Positions 37,562 through 47,809 of a DNA stretch of 64,000 nucleotides are shown here, one piece after another (position 1 is the first letter of the stretch; each line of letters opens with the position of its first letter). A model generated the notes under the pieces. The model was not told the origin of the DNA, did no database searches, and worked only from the letters and a program-made list of their open reading frames with translations. The stretch comes from a virus: the IMG/VR virus record IMGVR_UViG_3300023444_000001, positions 17,938-81,937 of that record; one strand, written 5' to 3'. The translations under genes and the position numbers were made by a program.

Positions 37562-37626
37562 AAATAATCTACTCCTATAACCTATAAAGAAATACTTTCT
37601 TTATAGTTTATAGTAGTATATTATTT
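37562..37626. repeat. 31-bp inverted repeat with a 3-nt loop
   Basis: AAATAATCTACTCCTATAACCTATAAAGAAA-TAC-TTTCTTTATAGTTTATAGTAGTATATTATTT; 3 mismatches. Confidence 0.8.
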
Positions 37627-37788
37627 GCCTTTATCCTTACCAAAAACTTTATCTTTAACTACTAAATAAATTCCCTCTTTTAGTTGAACTAACATACATT
37701 GAATTACCACTCTACAAAATTCACAATTTGAAACAGAAACTTTCTTTCCACTTTTTAATTTTCCAGTACCAAAACATTCAATGCTCAT
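37621..37788 (-). CDS. Small Cys-rich protein (55 aa)
   Basis: Hand-translated MSIECFG...CEFC...C; ATGA coupling. Confidence 0.5.
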   Translation of the reverse strand: MSIECFGTGKLKSGKKVSVSNCEFCRVVIQCMLVQLKEGIYLVVKDKVFGKDKGK

Positions 37789-37958
37789 TTTTCTTCTCCT
37801 TCCTTGGAATCCTCTTTATGCCAAATAATAAACGTAGTAATTACAGCAAAGAAAATTGCTATAATTGCCAAGTACCAAACTTCAGGCAAAAATTTCATAA
37901 TACTAATCCAAATAACACTTGTAACTAAACTTTCAGGCCATTTATTCTCTTGACTCAT
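37785..37958 (-). CDS. Small membrane protein (57 aa)
   Basis: Hand-translated MSQENKWPESLV...WYLAIIAIFFAVITTFIIW; AAGGAG RBS. Confidence 0.55.
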   Translation of the reverse strand: MSQENKWPESLVTSVIWISIMKFLPEVWYLAIIAIFFAVITTFIIWHKEDSKEGEEK

Positions 37959-37984
37959 AGTTCTTCTCCTTTCTTTTCAGGTTT

Positions 37985-39208
37985 TCAAAGAGGCAAAAAT
38001 TCACTTCTTTCTTCTCTACTTTCAATTTCTCCAAGAGTATTAGGATTGTCCAAATCCCACCTTATAGTATAATTTCTTCTATCTGATCTTTCTCTGATTT
38101 TCAAAAATTTGATTCCTTGAACCTTCTCCTCATTCATTTCTTCAGTATGCCAAATAGAAAATACAACGTCAGAATCCTGGCTAATTGCATAAGCAAGACC
38201 AACTTCATCAAGAGACCCCGATCCTTGAACTCCTCTTTGAAATTGCCATGAGGCTATAACAGGTACTCTAAATTTTCTTGCAACAAGTAAATGCAATCCT
38301 CTTGAGACCTCTGAAACCGATTCCCACCCAGTTTCTGCAATCAAATATGCACCGTCAATCAAAAGTATTTCTGGCCTATATTGTTCAACTTTTTGAATAA
38401 CTGCTGTTAAACTAACTTGATCTTCTATTTGAGTAATAACAAACAACTCTTTGTCCCTGAAACTTTCCATTGAAATTTTAAGTCTATTCCATTCCTCTTC
38501 ATCAAGTGCTCCTTCAGTTATTTTTTCATAACTAATTCCTGCACTAATAGAATCAATTCTTCTTGCAAGTATTCTTGAAGGCATTTCCATTGAGATCATC
38601 AAAACTCTTAATCCCAATTCTCTTAACTTTGACGCAATTAAACACATAAGCCAAGTTTTTCCAACCTTTGGTTTTCCATATAAAGAAATAACTTCTTCTC
38701 TATGAAACCCTAAAACACTTTCATCTAAAAATTCTATCCCCGTAGGTATATCAATTCCTTTTGTAACCTTCAAATCTAAATAGGACTTAAATCGACTTTC
38801 AACATTTTTTCTTAAATCAATATCTTTTGTCTTCCTGCTAACAATATACAAAGAAGAAACTGACTTTTCTGCTATTTTAGATGCGTTTTCAATATTATCC
38901 TCTTTTAACGACTCTGCACAATTTACAAGCATATTGCTCAATATGTTCTTTTGTTTTCTAAACCTTAATTGTTCAATCCAATATTCAACAGGCTCTTTTC
39001 CAACATTTATCAATTCAAATCCAGGAAAATTTTTCTGAACAGTTTCTAAATCCGGAACTGTTCCAAATTTTGCTTTATGTCTTTCAAGAAACCTGAAAAC
39101 CTTTTTTTCTAAATTTTCAAATAATTCCAATCCAATTTCATTATCTACTACAGGGCGCCAATCTTTTGAAACTATTATTTCACTTACGAAAGACATTCCA
39201 ACACTCAT
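37985..39208 (-). CDS. dnaB: DnaB-like replicative helicase
   Basis: GKPKVGKT, SMEM, IDG, QFQR, ISQDSD; start taken at MSVGMSF. Confidence 0.9.
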   Translation of the reverse strand: MSVGMSFVSEIIVSKDWRPVVDNEIGLELFENLEKKVFRFLERHKAKFGTVPDLETVQKNFPGFELINVGKEPVEYWIEQLRFRKQKNILSNMLVNCAESLKEDNIENASKIAEKSVSSLYIVSRKTKDIDLRKNVESRFKSYLDLKVTKGIDIPTGIEFLDESVLGFHREEVISLYGKPKVGKTWLMCLIASKLRELGLRVLMISMEMPSRILARRIDSISAGISYEKITEGALDEEEWNRLKISMESFRDKELFVITQIEDQVSLTAVIQKVEQYRPEILLIDGAYLIAETGWESVSEVSRGLHLLVARKFRVPVIASWQFQRGVQGSGSLDEVGLAYAISQDSDVVFSIWHTEEMNEEKVQGIKFLKIRERSDRRNYTIRWDLDNPNTLGEIESREERSEFLPL

Positions 39209-39221
39209 TTGTATTTTCCTT

Positions 39222-40196
39222 TCATGTTTCCAAAATTTCGCTTTCAAGTCCTTCTTCAAAATAACTTGATTCAATTAAATGAAGAAATTTTTGAGCCAAT
39301 AACCTATATCTCAATATTTGAACTAAAGATACATGAGATATTCTTGGCCCAGGTCTAAATTCTCCTTTAGGACCTTCTTCTGAAATCATACGTAAAATAA
39401 CTCCTATATATTCTCCTTCAGATTTAATTTCGTTATCAAATTTATTCATTAAAAACTCTGGTATTAAAATAACTCTTCCAGCGTTCATAATTGTAATTTT
39501 ATCTACAAACAATTTAGATAAAACAGATACAATGTTATTTCTCTTAAAACTGTCTAATTCCTCTGAGAACATCTCAATCATACTATCAAACATTTCTCTA
39601 AATTTAATCATAGATTGAAGATGACTTATACTTTTACCTTTAGATATAAATTGCCATTCTTCATCAAGTAAAACTACCGGAATAATTCTCAATCCTTGAA
39701 ACACCTCATTTGGTATTTCTGGAACAATAAATCCCAATCCATATTCACTATTTTTTTCTAAACTCGACTTTCCATATTTTGCAAACTGATAGATTACAAA
39801 ATTCAAATTTTCCTCTCTATAATATAAAGAAGGCTTGAACCCATCAAATCTATACATCCAATCCACAACATTTGAAAAATCTACTGGAGTGTAAACACTT
39901 GAGGTAACACTCCTAACCAACCCTTCGTAGGTTCTAAATAATATTGGAGTTAATTCTAATTCTCTTAATTTTCCCTTCATTTCACTCTCAGAACCCACCA
40001 ATTTTTCAAATGCTTCCCACCCTTTCTTTGTGAATAAATATTTTTCTCCATTATAGATTAAACTTTTAGAACCAGATTCTATTTTTATTCTGAAATCCTT
40101 CGGTTTAAGAAAAAAGTCTTTTGTTTTCTTCTTTTGTATCCTTGCTTCCTCATATATCTTTTTTTCTATTTTCAAAAACATGGCTTTATTCTCCAA
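39222..40196 (-). CDS. Hypothetical protein (weakly DUF932-like)
   Basis: ILFRT...VRSVTSSVYTPVD; replication context. Confidence 0.5.
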   Translation of the reverse strand: MENKAMFLKIEKKIYEEARIQKKKTKDFFLKPKDFRIKIESGSKSLIYNGEKYLFTKKGWEAFEKLVGSESEMKGKLRELELTPILFRTYEGLVRSVTSSVYTPVDFSNVVDWMYRFDGFKPSLYYREENLNFVIYQFAKYGKSSLEKNSEYGLGFIVPEIPNEVFQGLRIIPVVLLDEEWQFISKGKSISHLQSMIKFREMFDSMIEMFSEELDSFKRNNIVSVLSKLFVDKITIMNAGRVILIPEFLMNKFDNEIKSEGEYIGVILRMISEEGPKGEFRPGPRISHVSLVQILRYRLLAQKFLHLIESSYFEEGLESEILET

Positions 40197-40236
40197 ATCT
40201 AAGTCTTGAGTTTGTAGTTTGTAAATCTCTTGTTTT

Positions 40237-40332
40237 AATTCTTAAAATAACGAGGTATATCAAGAGTTCTCCCACTCAGTAGTGGTAAAGTATGAAAAAA
40301 TATAATCGTCCATTACAACGCATCTATGAAGG
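40237..40332. repeat. ~95-bp dispersed intergenic element, copy A
   Basis: Colinear similarity to 54918..55013 (AAC.AGGTATAT.CAAGA, TATAA..GTCC, CTATGAAGG). Confidence 0.7.
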
Positions 40333-40340
40333 TTTTAACC

Positions 40341-40985
40341 TTAATCAGAATCCTCCTTGAAAAGAATATCTTTCACTCTCTTTTGCTCTACTGTCTTTCT
40401 AAAATCGGAACCTCTAACTTTAACTCCATAAATACAACCGGCTAATAATGAAACTACGCTCTCTCCATAATTGCTCTTTATCTCTATTGGCTCTTTATTG
40501 CTTGTAAACAATGTTGGCAATTTCCTATACACTCTATATCGCAATAAATTATCAAATACAGCCTCTGTAAGCCCAGACCTTCCCCGAAATTCTTTTCCAA
40601 TATCATCAATTCCAAGCAAATGTACATTTCTTATCTGTTTATGCCATTTTCTCTTTTCAACTTCACTCCACCAACTTCCAGCAAAGACATCTACAATCCC
40701 TGATAATGAAGCAAATTGAACAGAATACTTTTTCCGTTGGAACAGTATCTCTTTCATTACTCCTATCATTAAATAAGTCTTTCCCACTCCAGTATTTCCC
40801 AAATAATAAAGCCCAATTCCTTCTTCAAACATCTCGTCAAACTTATCAACATACTTCAAAGAAATCTCTAAAGCCTTTTTATCTCCTTTGAAATCTTTTA
40901 ATTCTAAATCCCAAAATTTCTCTAATATTCCTGCATGAAGCATTTTTTCCACCCGAACATTCTTTTTAGAATCTGATCGAGTCAC
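40341..40985 (-). CDS. DnaC/IstB-like helicase loader ATPase
   Basis: GNTGVGKT, LGIDDIG, TSN, GSDFR. Confidence 0.88.
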   Translation of the reverse strand: MTRSDSKKNVRVEKMLHAGILEKFWDLELKDFKGDKKALEISLKYVDKFDEMFEEGIGLYYLGNTGVGKTYLMIGVMKEILFQRKKYSVQFASLSGIVDVFAGSWWSEVEKRKWHKQIRNVHLLGIDDIGKEFRGRSGLTEAVFDNLLRYRVYRKLPTLFTSNKEPIEIKSNYGESVVSLLAGCIYGVKVRGSDFRKTVEQKRVKDILFKEDSD

Positions 40986-41463
40986 TATCTTCTTCCTCCT
41001 GATTTATTCTATCATTCATAATAAACCCTATCTTAGAAATTATACTCCTTCTAAACCCATATAAAACCGGAATGGAAGGAGAATCCACTTTAATAACTCT
41101 ATAATTGTTCATTAGAAAGTCTATCATTTTTACTACTCCGGATGGAGTATAAGTATCAACCAACTTTTTTAACAAACCATATTCTTTACCACTAATTTTT
41201 CCATAGGGAACTTTGAACTTTATGCTAAACTTTGAGGAAAAATATTTTCCAATATCTTTCACATTCAAAATATTTGTATCCTTTAATACATTCCCAATAA
41301 AAACACCTTCGACTTTATTCTCATTTTTTTCTTGATTTATTCTTCTTACTATATTTGAACAGAAAATCCATAGAGCCCTATCTCCCATATCAGAAAAATT
41401 TTTCCTTTTCAGTTTATCTACTAAATACTGAATTTTTTCTTCTTCAGTCATTTTTAATCTCAT
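40966..41463 (-). CDS. Hypothetical protein, possible replication initiator partner
   Basis: Helical ORF immediately upstream of the DnaC-like gene. Confidence 0.5.
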   Translation of the reverse strand: MRLKMTEEEKIQYLVDKLKRKNFSDMGDRALWIFCSNIVRRINQEKNENKVEGVFIGNVLKDTNILNVKDIGKYFSSKFSIKFKVPYGKISGKEYGLLKKLVDTYTPSGVVKMIDFLMNNYRVIKVDSPSIPVLYGFRRSIISKIGFIMNDRINQEEEDSDSIRF

Positions 41464-41866
41464 CTAATATCTTATACAGACTCTTCAACATTTCACTTTC
41501 TCTTTTACTTTCAAATTTTCTGTTTTTAGATTTTAATTCTCTTGCTTTCAAGGAAATTTCATCTAAATCAGAATGTTCAATCTTTGATTTTACAATAGAT
41601 TTGACTTTGATTTTTTCTATCATTTTTCTTATTTCTTTCTCTGATACCCATTGAGGTAAAGAAAACTCCTCGCAGGATTCTAAAGAAGAAACATTTTTTC
41701 CAAGAATACATTCCATATCTCCCTTTTGTAAATTCTTTGAAGAATCACTTTCAAATCCATATTCTCCTACAATTCTTGAGTGTTCACAATAACAGCATTC
41801 TTCATTTACAACAGATTTTCCCCATTCTTCTAAAAATTTGTCTTTTGAAATCTTTTTCTTCTTCAT
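41444..41866 (-). CDS. Hypothetical Cys-motif protein
   Basis: CCYCEH...C...CEEF. Confidence 0.55.
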   Translation of the reverse strand: MKKKKISKDKFLEEWGKSVVNEECCYCEHSRIVGEYGFESDSSKNLQKGDMECILGKNVSSLESCEEFSLPQWVSEKEIRKMIEKIKVKSIVKSKIEHSDLDEISLKARELKSKNRKFESKRESEMLKSLYKILDEIKND

Positions 41867-41875
41867 AAGAAACTC

Positions 41876-42154
41876 TCACTTTTTTGAAGAAAGAACCTCT
41901 GAAGCCTGTTCACCTAACTCTTCTTCTACAACACTCCATGCCTTCTGAAACGTTTTCTTAGCATTCTTTATATCTTCTTTACTTGGATTAAGAGGTAATG
42001 TAAGTCCTGCTTCTATCCTTGCAGATTCATAATTTCCCAAGTTTAACGTAACAGAAGAACTTACACTTACACTTCCAGAACTTTTCAGTATTGGAAGCAA
42101 ACGATCAATAACTTTTTCTGAAACAGATTCTGCTGTAATTTTTTCCTCTGTCAT
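41876..42154 (-). CDS. Conserved phage hypothetical protein
   Basis: TLNLGNYESARIE motif; start MTEEK after AGGAG. Confidence 0.65.
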   Translation of the reverse strand: MTEEKITAESVSEKVIDRLLPILKSSGSVSVSSSVTLNLGNYESARIEAGLTLPLNPSKEDIKNAKKTFQKAWSVVEEELGEQASEVLSSKK

Positions 42155-42167
42155 TTTTTTTCTCCTT

Positions 42168-42449
42168 TTAATCTTCTGCAAATAATTCCCAAACTTCCTT
42201 CTTAAATTCTTCCGGAAGAGAAACACCCTGCTTGACATACTTCTTAACTAACTCAGCAAGACCTTTAGCCTGTTTTTCCGTATACCACCTCCATCCCTTA
42301 TCATCTCTAATTGTAGCCGGGGGAATAATTCTTTCCTTTTCCCACTTTCGTATTGTCTGTGATCCTCTCTTGCACAAAGTAGCCACTTCTTTTACACTAT
42401 ACAGCATAACAAGATTAGATTCTCCTTCTATTCTAAAAGGTTTTGGCAT
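42168..42449 (-). CDS. MerR-type HTH DNA-binding protein
   Basis: YSVKEVATLC...TIRKWEKERIIP...R..GWRWYT. Confidence 0.82.
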   Translation of the reverse strand: MPKPFRIEGESNLVMLYSVKEVATLCKRGSQTIRKWEKERIIPPATIRDDKGWRWYTEKQAKGLAELVKKYVKQGVSLPEEFKKEVWELFAED

Positions 42450-42450
42450 T

Positions 42451-42876
42451 TTAATCCCTCCTTATTTCCTTACTTTGTTCTTGCTTCTTAATACTCAAAA
42501 CTTCAATAAGTTTTTCCTTCAATAAAGCCTCTATCTCTTCTTTTGTTATTTTTCCATTATTAAACTCCATTTCAAATCCTTTTTCAATCAATGTTGGAAC
42601 TTTTCTAACACAGGATTTCCTAATTTCAGGATGTATCTCAACTAATGACCATCCAAATGATTCATCTAAAGTAATCATTCTTCTAATCTGTCTCTGAAGT
42701 TTCATTCCCTCTCCAAATAAAGTGATAGTCTCATTATTATCTCCTCCATTTTTCTTAATCCATTCAAGAATCCCCTTTTTTAAGACTTTAAGTTTTAACT
42801 CCAAATCTTCTTTTGCATTTTTTAGAAGAAGATATTGCTCCGCCATTTTCCATAAAGTGCTTTCATCTTGTTTCAT
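42451..42876 (-). CDS. Coiled-coil phage protein (Gam/gp157-like?)
   Basis: N-terminal coiled coil, then a beta segment; family assignment weak. Confidence 0.45.
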   Translation of the reverse strand: MKQDESTLWKMAEQYLLLKNAKEDLELKLKVLKKGILEWIKKNGGDNNETITLFGEGMKLQRQIRRMITLDESFGWSLVEIHPEIRKSCVRKVPTLIEKGFEMEFNNGKITKEEIEALLKEKLIEVLSIKKQEQSKEIRRD

Positions 42877-42890
42877 TTTACTTCTCCTTT

Positions 42891-44246
42891 CTAAATCTTA
42901 AAATCCTTGACAGAATAACCAAGTTTCTCATATAAAAACTTTCTCTTTCGAGCCATCCCAAGAGTAATTAACATATTTGAATCTACAATATCAATAATAA
43001 CAGGAAATTTTTTCCCCTTAAATTTACGCTGTATTCTTCCAGTTGCTTGAATTAACCCCAACTTGTTTCCAATAGGAGTAGTCAAAACAAGTGTATCAAG
43101 TCTTGGAATATCTAATGCTTCCTTTACCATTTGAACTGTGGCCAAAATAATACTTCCCTTTTCCTCCAATTTTTGCCTATCTTCTCTTGAAGTTTCTCCG
43201 ATATAAAGTCCAATTTTTCCTCTAATAGTACCTTCAAGTTTTTCTTTCAAATATTTCAAATGTTTTACCCGATGAGACAGAACTAACACAGTTCTTCCAA
43301 CCCTATTTATTTCAATAATTTTATCTATAATCAATTCATTTCTTTTTCTATCCTTAGATAAAGTTGTTATCAACATTCCTAAATCAAGTTTATTTCTCCA
43401 AGAAGAAAATGCTTTATAATAAGGAACTTTTGTATTAATCTTGATCTGAAAAACCTTTGTATTCTTAAATTTCTCTTCTTTTCTATAAACAATAGAACCT
43501 ATACCATATATGAAAATTTTTTCTAATCCATCAGTTCTTTTATCTGTTGCAGTCAATCCAACCCGTAATTTTCCAGGGAATTTTCTTATAACTTTACTCC
43601 ACTGCTCTGAACCTAACCTATGAACTTCATCGGAAATAACAAGCCCAAATTCTCGAAAAATTCTTTCCTGCCGAAGAAGTGATTGAATCATTCCTATCAC
43701 TATAGGCTTATCTAAATCAAAATATCCATTTCCAATTTTTCCTACTTCAACTCCAAGAAAATTTTCAATTCGATTTGCCCACTGATCCATCAAAAAGTTT
43801 TTATGGACTAAAATCAATGCTTTGACTCCACACCGTCTAATCATTTCAATTCCAACAACAGTTTTCCCAGACCCTGCAGGCATTACAATAATCCCACCTT
43901 GATTTTTCTCTAATTGTTCAACTGCATCATTCTGATCTTTATAAAGTGGTTTTAACAATTTTGCAGGGAAAGAAACTTTTTCTCCTTTTGCTCTTTCATC
44001 TATTGTTACAAATTCATCTATATACCCTTCAATCGGAAATTCTCTTGGAATTTCAATTGTATTTTCAGAATCTATAATCTTATAGTAAAATAAATACTCA
44101 GAGATTCCCTTCAAAGAAAATCCCATATTTTTCAACTGTACATACTTTGGATTCTTGAACATTAAAGCATTTTTTATTTTATCAAGAATTAGCATATTAT
44201 TACAACCACTTAATACTAAACTATGATTTTTACGAACATAAATCAT
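42891..44246 (-). CDS. SF2 (UvsW/XPB-like) helicase
   Basis: PAGSGKT, DEVH, GLTAT, EALDIP, QATGRIQR. Confidence 0.92.
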   Translation of the reverse strand: MIYVRKNHSLVLSGCNNMLILDKIKNALMFKNPKYVQLKNMGFSLKGISEYLFYYKIIDSENTIEIPREFPIEGYIDEFVTIDERAKGEKVSFPAKLLKPLYKDQNDAVEQLEKNQGGIIVMPAGSGKTVVGIEMIRRCGVKALILVHKNFLMDQWANRIENFLGVEVGKIGNGYFDLDKPIVIGMIQSLLRQERIFREFGLVISDEVHRLGSEQWSKVIRKFPGKLRVGLTATDKRTDGLEKIFIYGIGSIVYRKEEKFKNTKVFQIKINTKVPYYKAFSSWRNKLDLGMLITTLSKDRKRNELIIDKIIEINRVGRTVLVLSHRVKHLKYLKEKLEGTIRGKIGLYIGETSREDRQKLEEKGSIILATVQMVKEALDIPRLDTLVLTTPIGNKLGLIQATGRIQRKFKGKKFPVIIDIVDSNMLITLGMARKRKFLYEKLGYSVKDFKI

Positions 44247-44255
44247 AATATTCTC

Positions 44256-46370
44256 CTATATTTCCTTTATTTTTTCTTTCATAACCTTTCTAATCAAATT
44301 AGCCAATTTACTTGGTAATTCAGAAACATTCTCAATGCATAAATTCTTTGAATATAAGTTACTCCTATTATTTCTCCTTTTATAATAACCCGACGAATCT
44401 CTAATCCTAATCCCAAAAACTGGAATCTCCTTTTCTACTTTCTTAATAACATTAGCAGTATGAGTTATTGCACTACGGAAACTATAATTACGTGCCAAAG
44501 GTTCTCCATCACTTATCACGAAAAGCCATTTATTGGGATTTTTACAATTCTTCTTAAAATCTTTTACTACCATTTCAATAGCGACTCCATCTCGATTATT
44601 TCCAGCCACATCGGCTAAAAATCCCAAACTTTCTTTCTTTGCTTTTGGAGAATAAAATCTTATCACATTTGTAGAAGTAGCAAGCGGAGAAAAACGTCCA
44701 TCATCACCTAAATCTGCTTTATGTCCATATACGAAAAATTCAATTCCAAGTCTTAAAAATACTTCAGTCAAAAGAATTGCAGTATGTTTTGCCATAGTTG
44801 CTTTTAATCCAAACATACTACCTGACATATCAACTAAAATAGCAATAGCCGGAGTTAAAATTTTACCTTCAACCTTTCTATAATAAAGATTGTCATTATC
44901 ACTTCTTACTAAATACAATTTTCTTCGATCTAATTTTCCATTTTTTAATCCTGCAACTGTTCTTCCCTTTTTCTTTCGAGTAAAATTAAAGATTTTAACC
45001 ATTTTTGAAATATTAGGCCCTATTTCTCTTAAAGATTCAGAATAAGAATCTAATGATACATTAGATTCAACTTCAAATTCTTCTTTCCCAAATTTCCCTT
45101 CAATTCTTTCAAATGATCTTTCTTCAAGTCTTTTAATCTCTCTAACTGTTTCGGTTTTCAATTCCTTATATGTATTAGCCTTCTCGGTTATTATACCTAT
45201 AATAATTTCTATACTTTTTTCTAACTGCAAATCTTTGTCTTCATCATCAACTTTATCTTTATTTCCTTCCTTACTATCAGAAATATTTTTAGAATCTGAT
45301 TCTCCTTTATTATTCTTTCTTATTCTTATTCTACCTTTCTTATTCTTATCATCAATAGAAGAATGTTCCTCCAATTTTTTTTCAACTTTTAATCCCAATT
45401 TTCCTTTTCCTTTACCTCTTCCTTTAATTTCTACAGTTTTAGGATTTATTTTACTTTTATCCCAACACTTTTCAAATTCCTTATAAATCTTAACAGTCAA
45501 AGATTTTACTTCTTCTGATTCAGTAGGAAATGGAGTAATTAATTCTATTGCCTTTTTTATTTCTTCATTCCACTTTTTCATAACTTCTTTATCTATCAAA
45601 TGAGGATATCGAACTAATTTTGCCCAAGTACTTATCCAAGATGATTTTATTATATCTTCTACAGAAAGTCTTTTTTTCTTCAAAAATGTCTTAAATTCTT
45701 TACAATACTCTTTTATAATTTCTTCCATTCTTTCACTCATCATGTATTCAGCAACTTTTTCTATATACCCTATATATCCGGGGGCATAATTTTTCAACTT
45801 TGCTTCAATTCTTTCATCTTCAAGAATATTCCATATAAACTTAAGTCTATTGCATATATCTGAATCTGAAATATCAATCCCTTCTGATTTAGCATAATCA
45901 AAAACTTCTTTAATTATTTCTACCGGAGTTTCTATTAGATGAAGTAATTCGTGCAAAGTTATCCCGATTACTATATCTGTCTTTTCCCCGATAGACATTT
46001 TATTACAGGATTTACTTTCAAACATTGAACAATCAACAAAGATTTGCTTTTTCTTCAAATCACTAAATCCTGCTGCATCTCTATCAAAACCAGTTGGATG
46101 TATTGAAAAATTCAATTCCGAAGATGGACAAGTTATATCTGCCATCAATCGAGCCAATTTTAACGCCGAGTAAATCTCTTTAGATTGAGATTCTCTTGAC
46201 GTTTTACTATAACCCCAATTAAAATATCTATCTACATACGACTCATCATAAGTTTCTTCCCAATCATAAAGAGATTTTCTTATTCTTCTTTCTCTCCGCT
46301 TTTTAATAAATTCTTCTTGTTCAAAATCTAAATCTTCATCTTCCCAAGTTTTTCTCCACCATCTTTTCAT
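44256..46370 (-). CDS. vWA-domain protein with N-terminal HExxH (CobT/NorD-like)
   Basis: HELLH, NILEDERIE, GKLD, MIDAS DMSGSM, VISDGEP. Confidence 0.85.
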   Translation of the reverse strand: MKRWWRKTWEDEDLDFEQEEFIKKRRERRIRKSLYDWEETYDESYVDRYFNWGYSKTSRESQSKEIYSALKLARLMADITCPSSELNFSIHPTGFDRDAAGFSDLKKKQIFVDCSMFESKSCNKMSIGEKTDIVIGITLHELLHLIETPVEIIKEVFDYAKSEGIDISDSDICNRLKFIWNILEDERIEAKLKNYAPGYIGYIEKVAEYMMSERMEEIIKEYCKEFKTFLKKKRLSVEDIIKSSWISTWAKLVRYPHLIDKEVMKKWNEEIKKAIELITPFPTESEEVKSLTVKIYKEFEKCWDKSKINPKTVEIKGRGKGKGKLGLKVEKKLEEHSSIDDKNKKGRIRIRKNNKGESDSKNISDSKEGNKDKVDDEDKDLQLEKSIEIIIGIITEKANTYKELKTETVREIKRLEERSFERIEGKFGKEEFEVESNVSLDSYSESLREIGPNISKMVKIFNFTRKKKGRTVAGLKNGKLDRRKLYLVRSDNDNLYYRKVEGKILTPAIAILVDMSGSMFGLKATMAKHTAILLTEVFLRLGIEFFVYGHKADLGDDGRFSPLATSTNVIRFYSPKAKKESLGFLADVAGNNRDGVAIEMVVKDFKKNCKNPNKWLFVISDGEPLARNYSFRSAITHTANVIKKVEKEIPVFGIRIRDSSGYYKRRNNRSNLYSKNLCIENVSELPSKLANLIRKVMKEKIKEI

Positions 46371-46382
46371 TTTATATCTCCT

Positions 46383-47597
46383 TTACTGTTTCTGAAGAAT
46401 AGCCTTTACAATAGTTCTTTCAGAATTTACACCGCCTTCTGCATCATACATCGGAAGAATTACCATCTCCAATGCAACGATTAAATCAAATCCATCCGAA
46501 ACCATATACCCAACATCAAGAGCCATTCTTGTAGAAGGAGGAGAAACTATATCTCCCTTCTTCCAACTATTTCTCATTGACTCAAATACACTTGCAATAT
46601 TATTAGCCATTGTTTTACTGATATCACACCGTTCTAAAAGTAATTTAGACTCTAAATCTTTTGACAAATAATCCAACTCTACTGGACGAAATCTATCCTC
46701 AAATGCGGTATCCAAAACATTACATCCAGCATAGGCACTTCCTTTATTAGCCGTAGCAATAATTCTTGTTCTTGGATGAATGTTAACAATCTTTTCTCCA
46801 CGCCCTTCATCCAAGGGTAAATATTTCTGAAAATCAAGAACCGGAAAGAGATAATTGTCTGCTTCATGAGGAGCCCTTGTCAACTCATCAAGTAATATTC
46901 CCTTTCCTGTTCTAACTGCCTCTACGAAACGGGACTCTTCAAATATTGTGCCTTCCTTATCAAGATGGGTATTTCCAATAAGAGCGCTTCTTGGATCAAT
47001 CCACTCACCACAATTAAAACGAATATATTCCATGCCCAATCCTTCAAATACTCTTCCTGCCAAATCAGTTTTTCCACATCCCTTTGGACCATAGATCATA
47101 ACATTTCTTTTTCTTTCAATACACCAAAGAATAAACTGAATTGTTTTCTCCTCAATCTTAAATCCTTTAAGAAAAGGATACTTTTCTTCAAAATCCTCAT
47201 CAGATTCATTTTCTGATTCTAAATTCTCCTCATCTATAGAAACTTCTGAAGATGAAGAAATATGATCTTTATCTAAAGCACATTTAACTTTCCACAACGG
47301 AACAACTGGAGGAAGTTCAGCATCCGGAAGTTCTGCTTCTGGTGGATCAACAAGTTTAATTCCAGATGCATCAACTGCAGCCCAATCTCTTGTTGCTGTT
47401 AAAAATCCTTTTCCTCGACGAGTTACTGATAAAGACCCCACTGAAAAAAATTGACCAACAGGAAATTCATCTCTGGCCTTTTTAGAAAAAGCAACCTTCA
47501 TACCCAGATACTTTTTGGGCACAATCTTAAATCCTACTGCATTGCAAGGGACAACTCTTTTTCTACCCCCAATCAATACTGTTTTGACCAAATACAT
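46383..47597 (-). CDS. MoxR/CbbQ-type AAA+ ATPase
   Basis: GPKGCGKT, LLDELTR, ATAN, LDTAFEDRF, PSTR. Confidence 0.9.
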   Translation of the reverse strand: MYLVKTVLIGGRKRVVPCNAVGFKIVPKKYLGMKVAFSKKARDEFPVGQFFSVGSLSVTRRGKGFLTATRDWAAVDASGIKLVDPPEAELPDAELPPVVPLWKVKCALDKDHISSSSEVSIDEENLESENESDEDFEEKYPFLKGFKIEEKTIQFILWCIERKRNVMIYGPKGCGKTDLAGRVFEGLGMEYIRFNCGEWIDPRSALIGNTHLDKEGTIFEESRFVEAVRTGKGILLDELTRAPHEADNYLFPVLDFQKYLPLDEGRGEKIVNIHPRTRIIATANKGSAYAGCNVLDTAFEDRFRPVELDYLSKDLESKLLLERCDISKTMANNIASVFESMRNSWKKGDIVSPPSTRMALDVGYMVSDGFDLIVALEMVILPMYDAEGGVNSERTIVKAILQKQ

Positions 47598-47645
47598 TTG
47601 TACCTCCTTTGACTTTGAAAACTTTTGACTTATAATATAATAAGG

Positions 47646-47682
47646 TATAATATAATATAATATGTCTCTTGAGAAAAGTCAA
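47646..47682 (-). promoter_or_regulatory. Strong early promoter (copy 4)
   Basis: TTGACT-N17-TATATT with the TATAT pentamer run. Confidence 0.8.
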
Positions 47683-47809
47683 TAGTCTTATTATTTTATC
47701 AAATTCCTTTCTTCTTTAACTTTTCTTACCTTAATCCAAAACTCAACCAATCTATATCTTCTTGTGAAGTATGGCTTAAAACAAAATATCAAAATGTTGA
47801 GTATAATAT

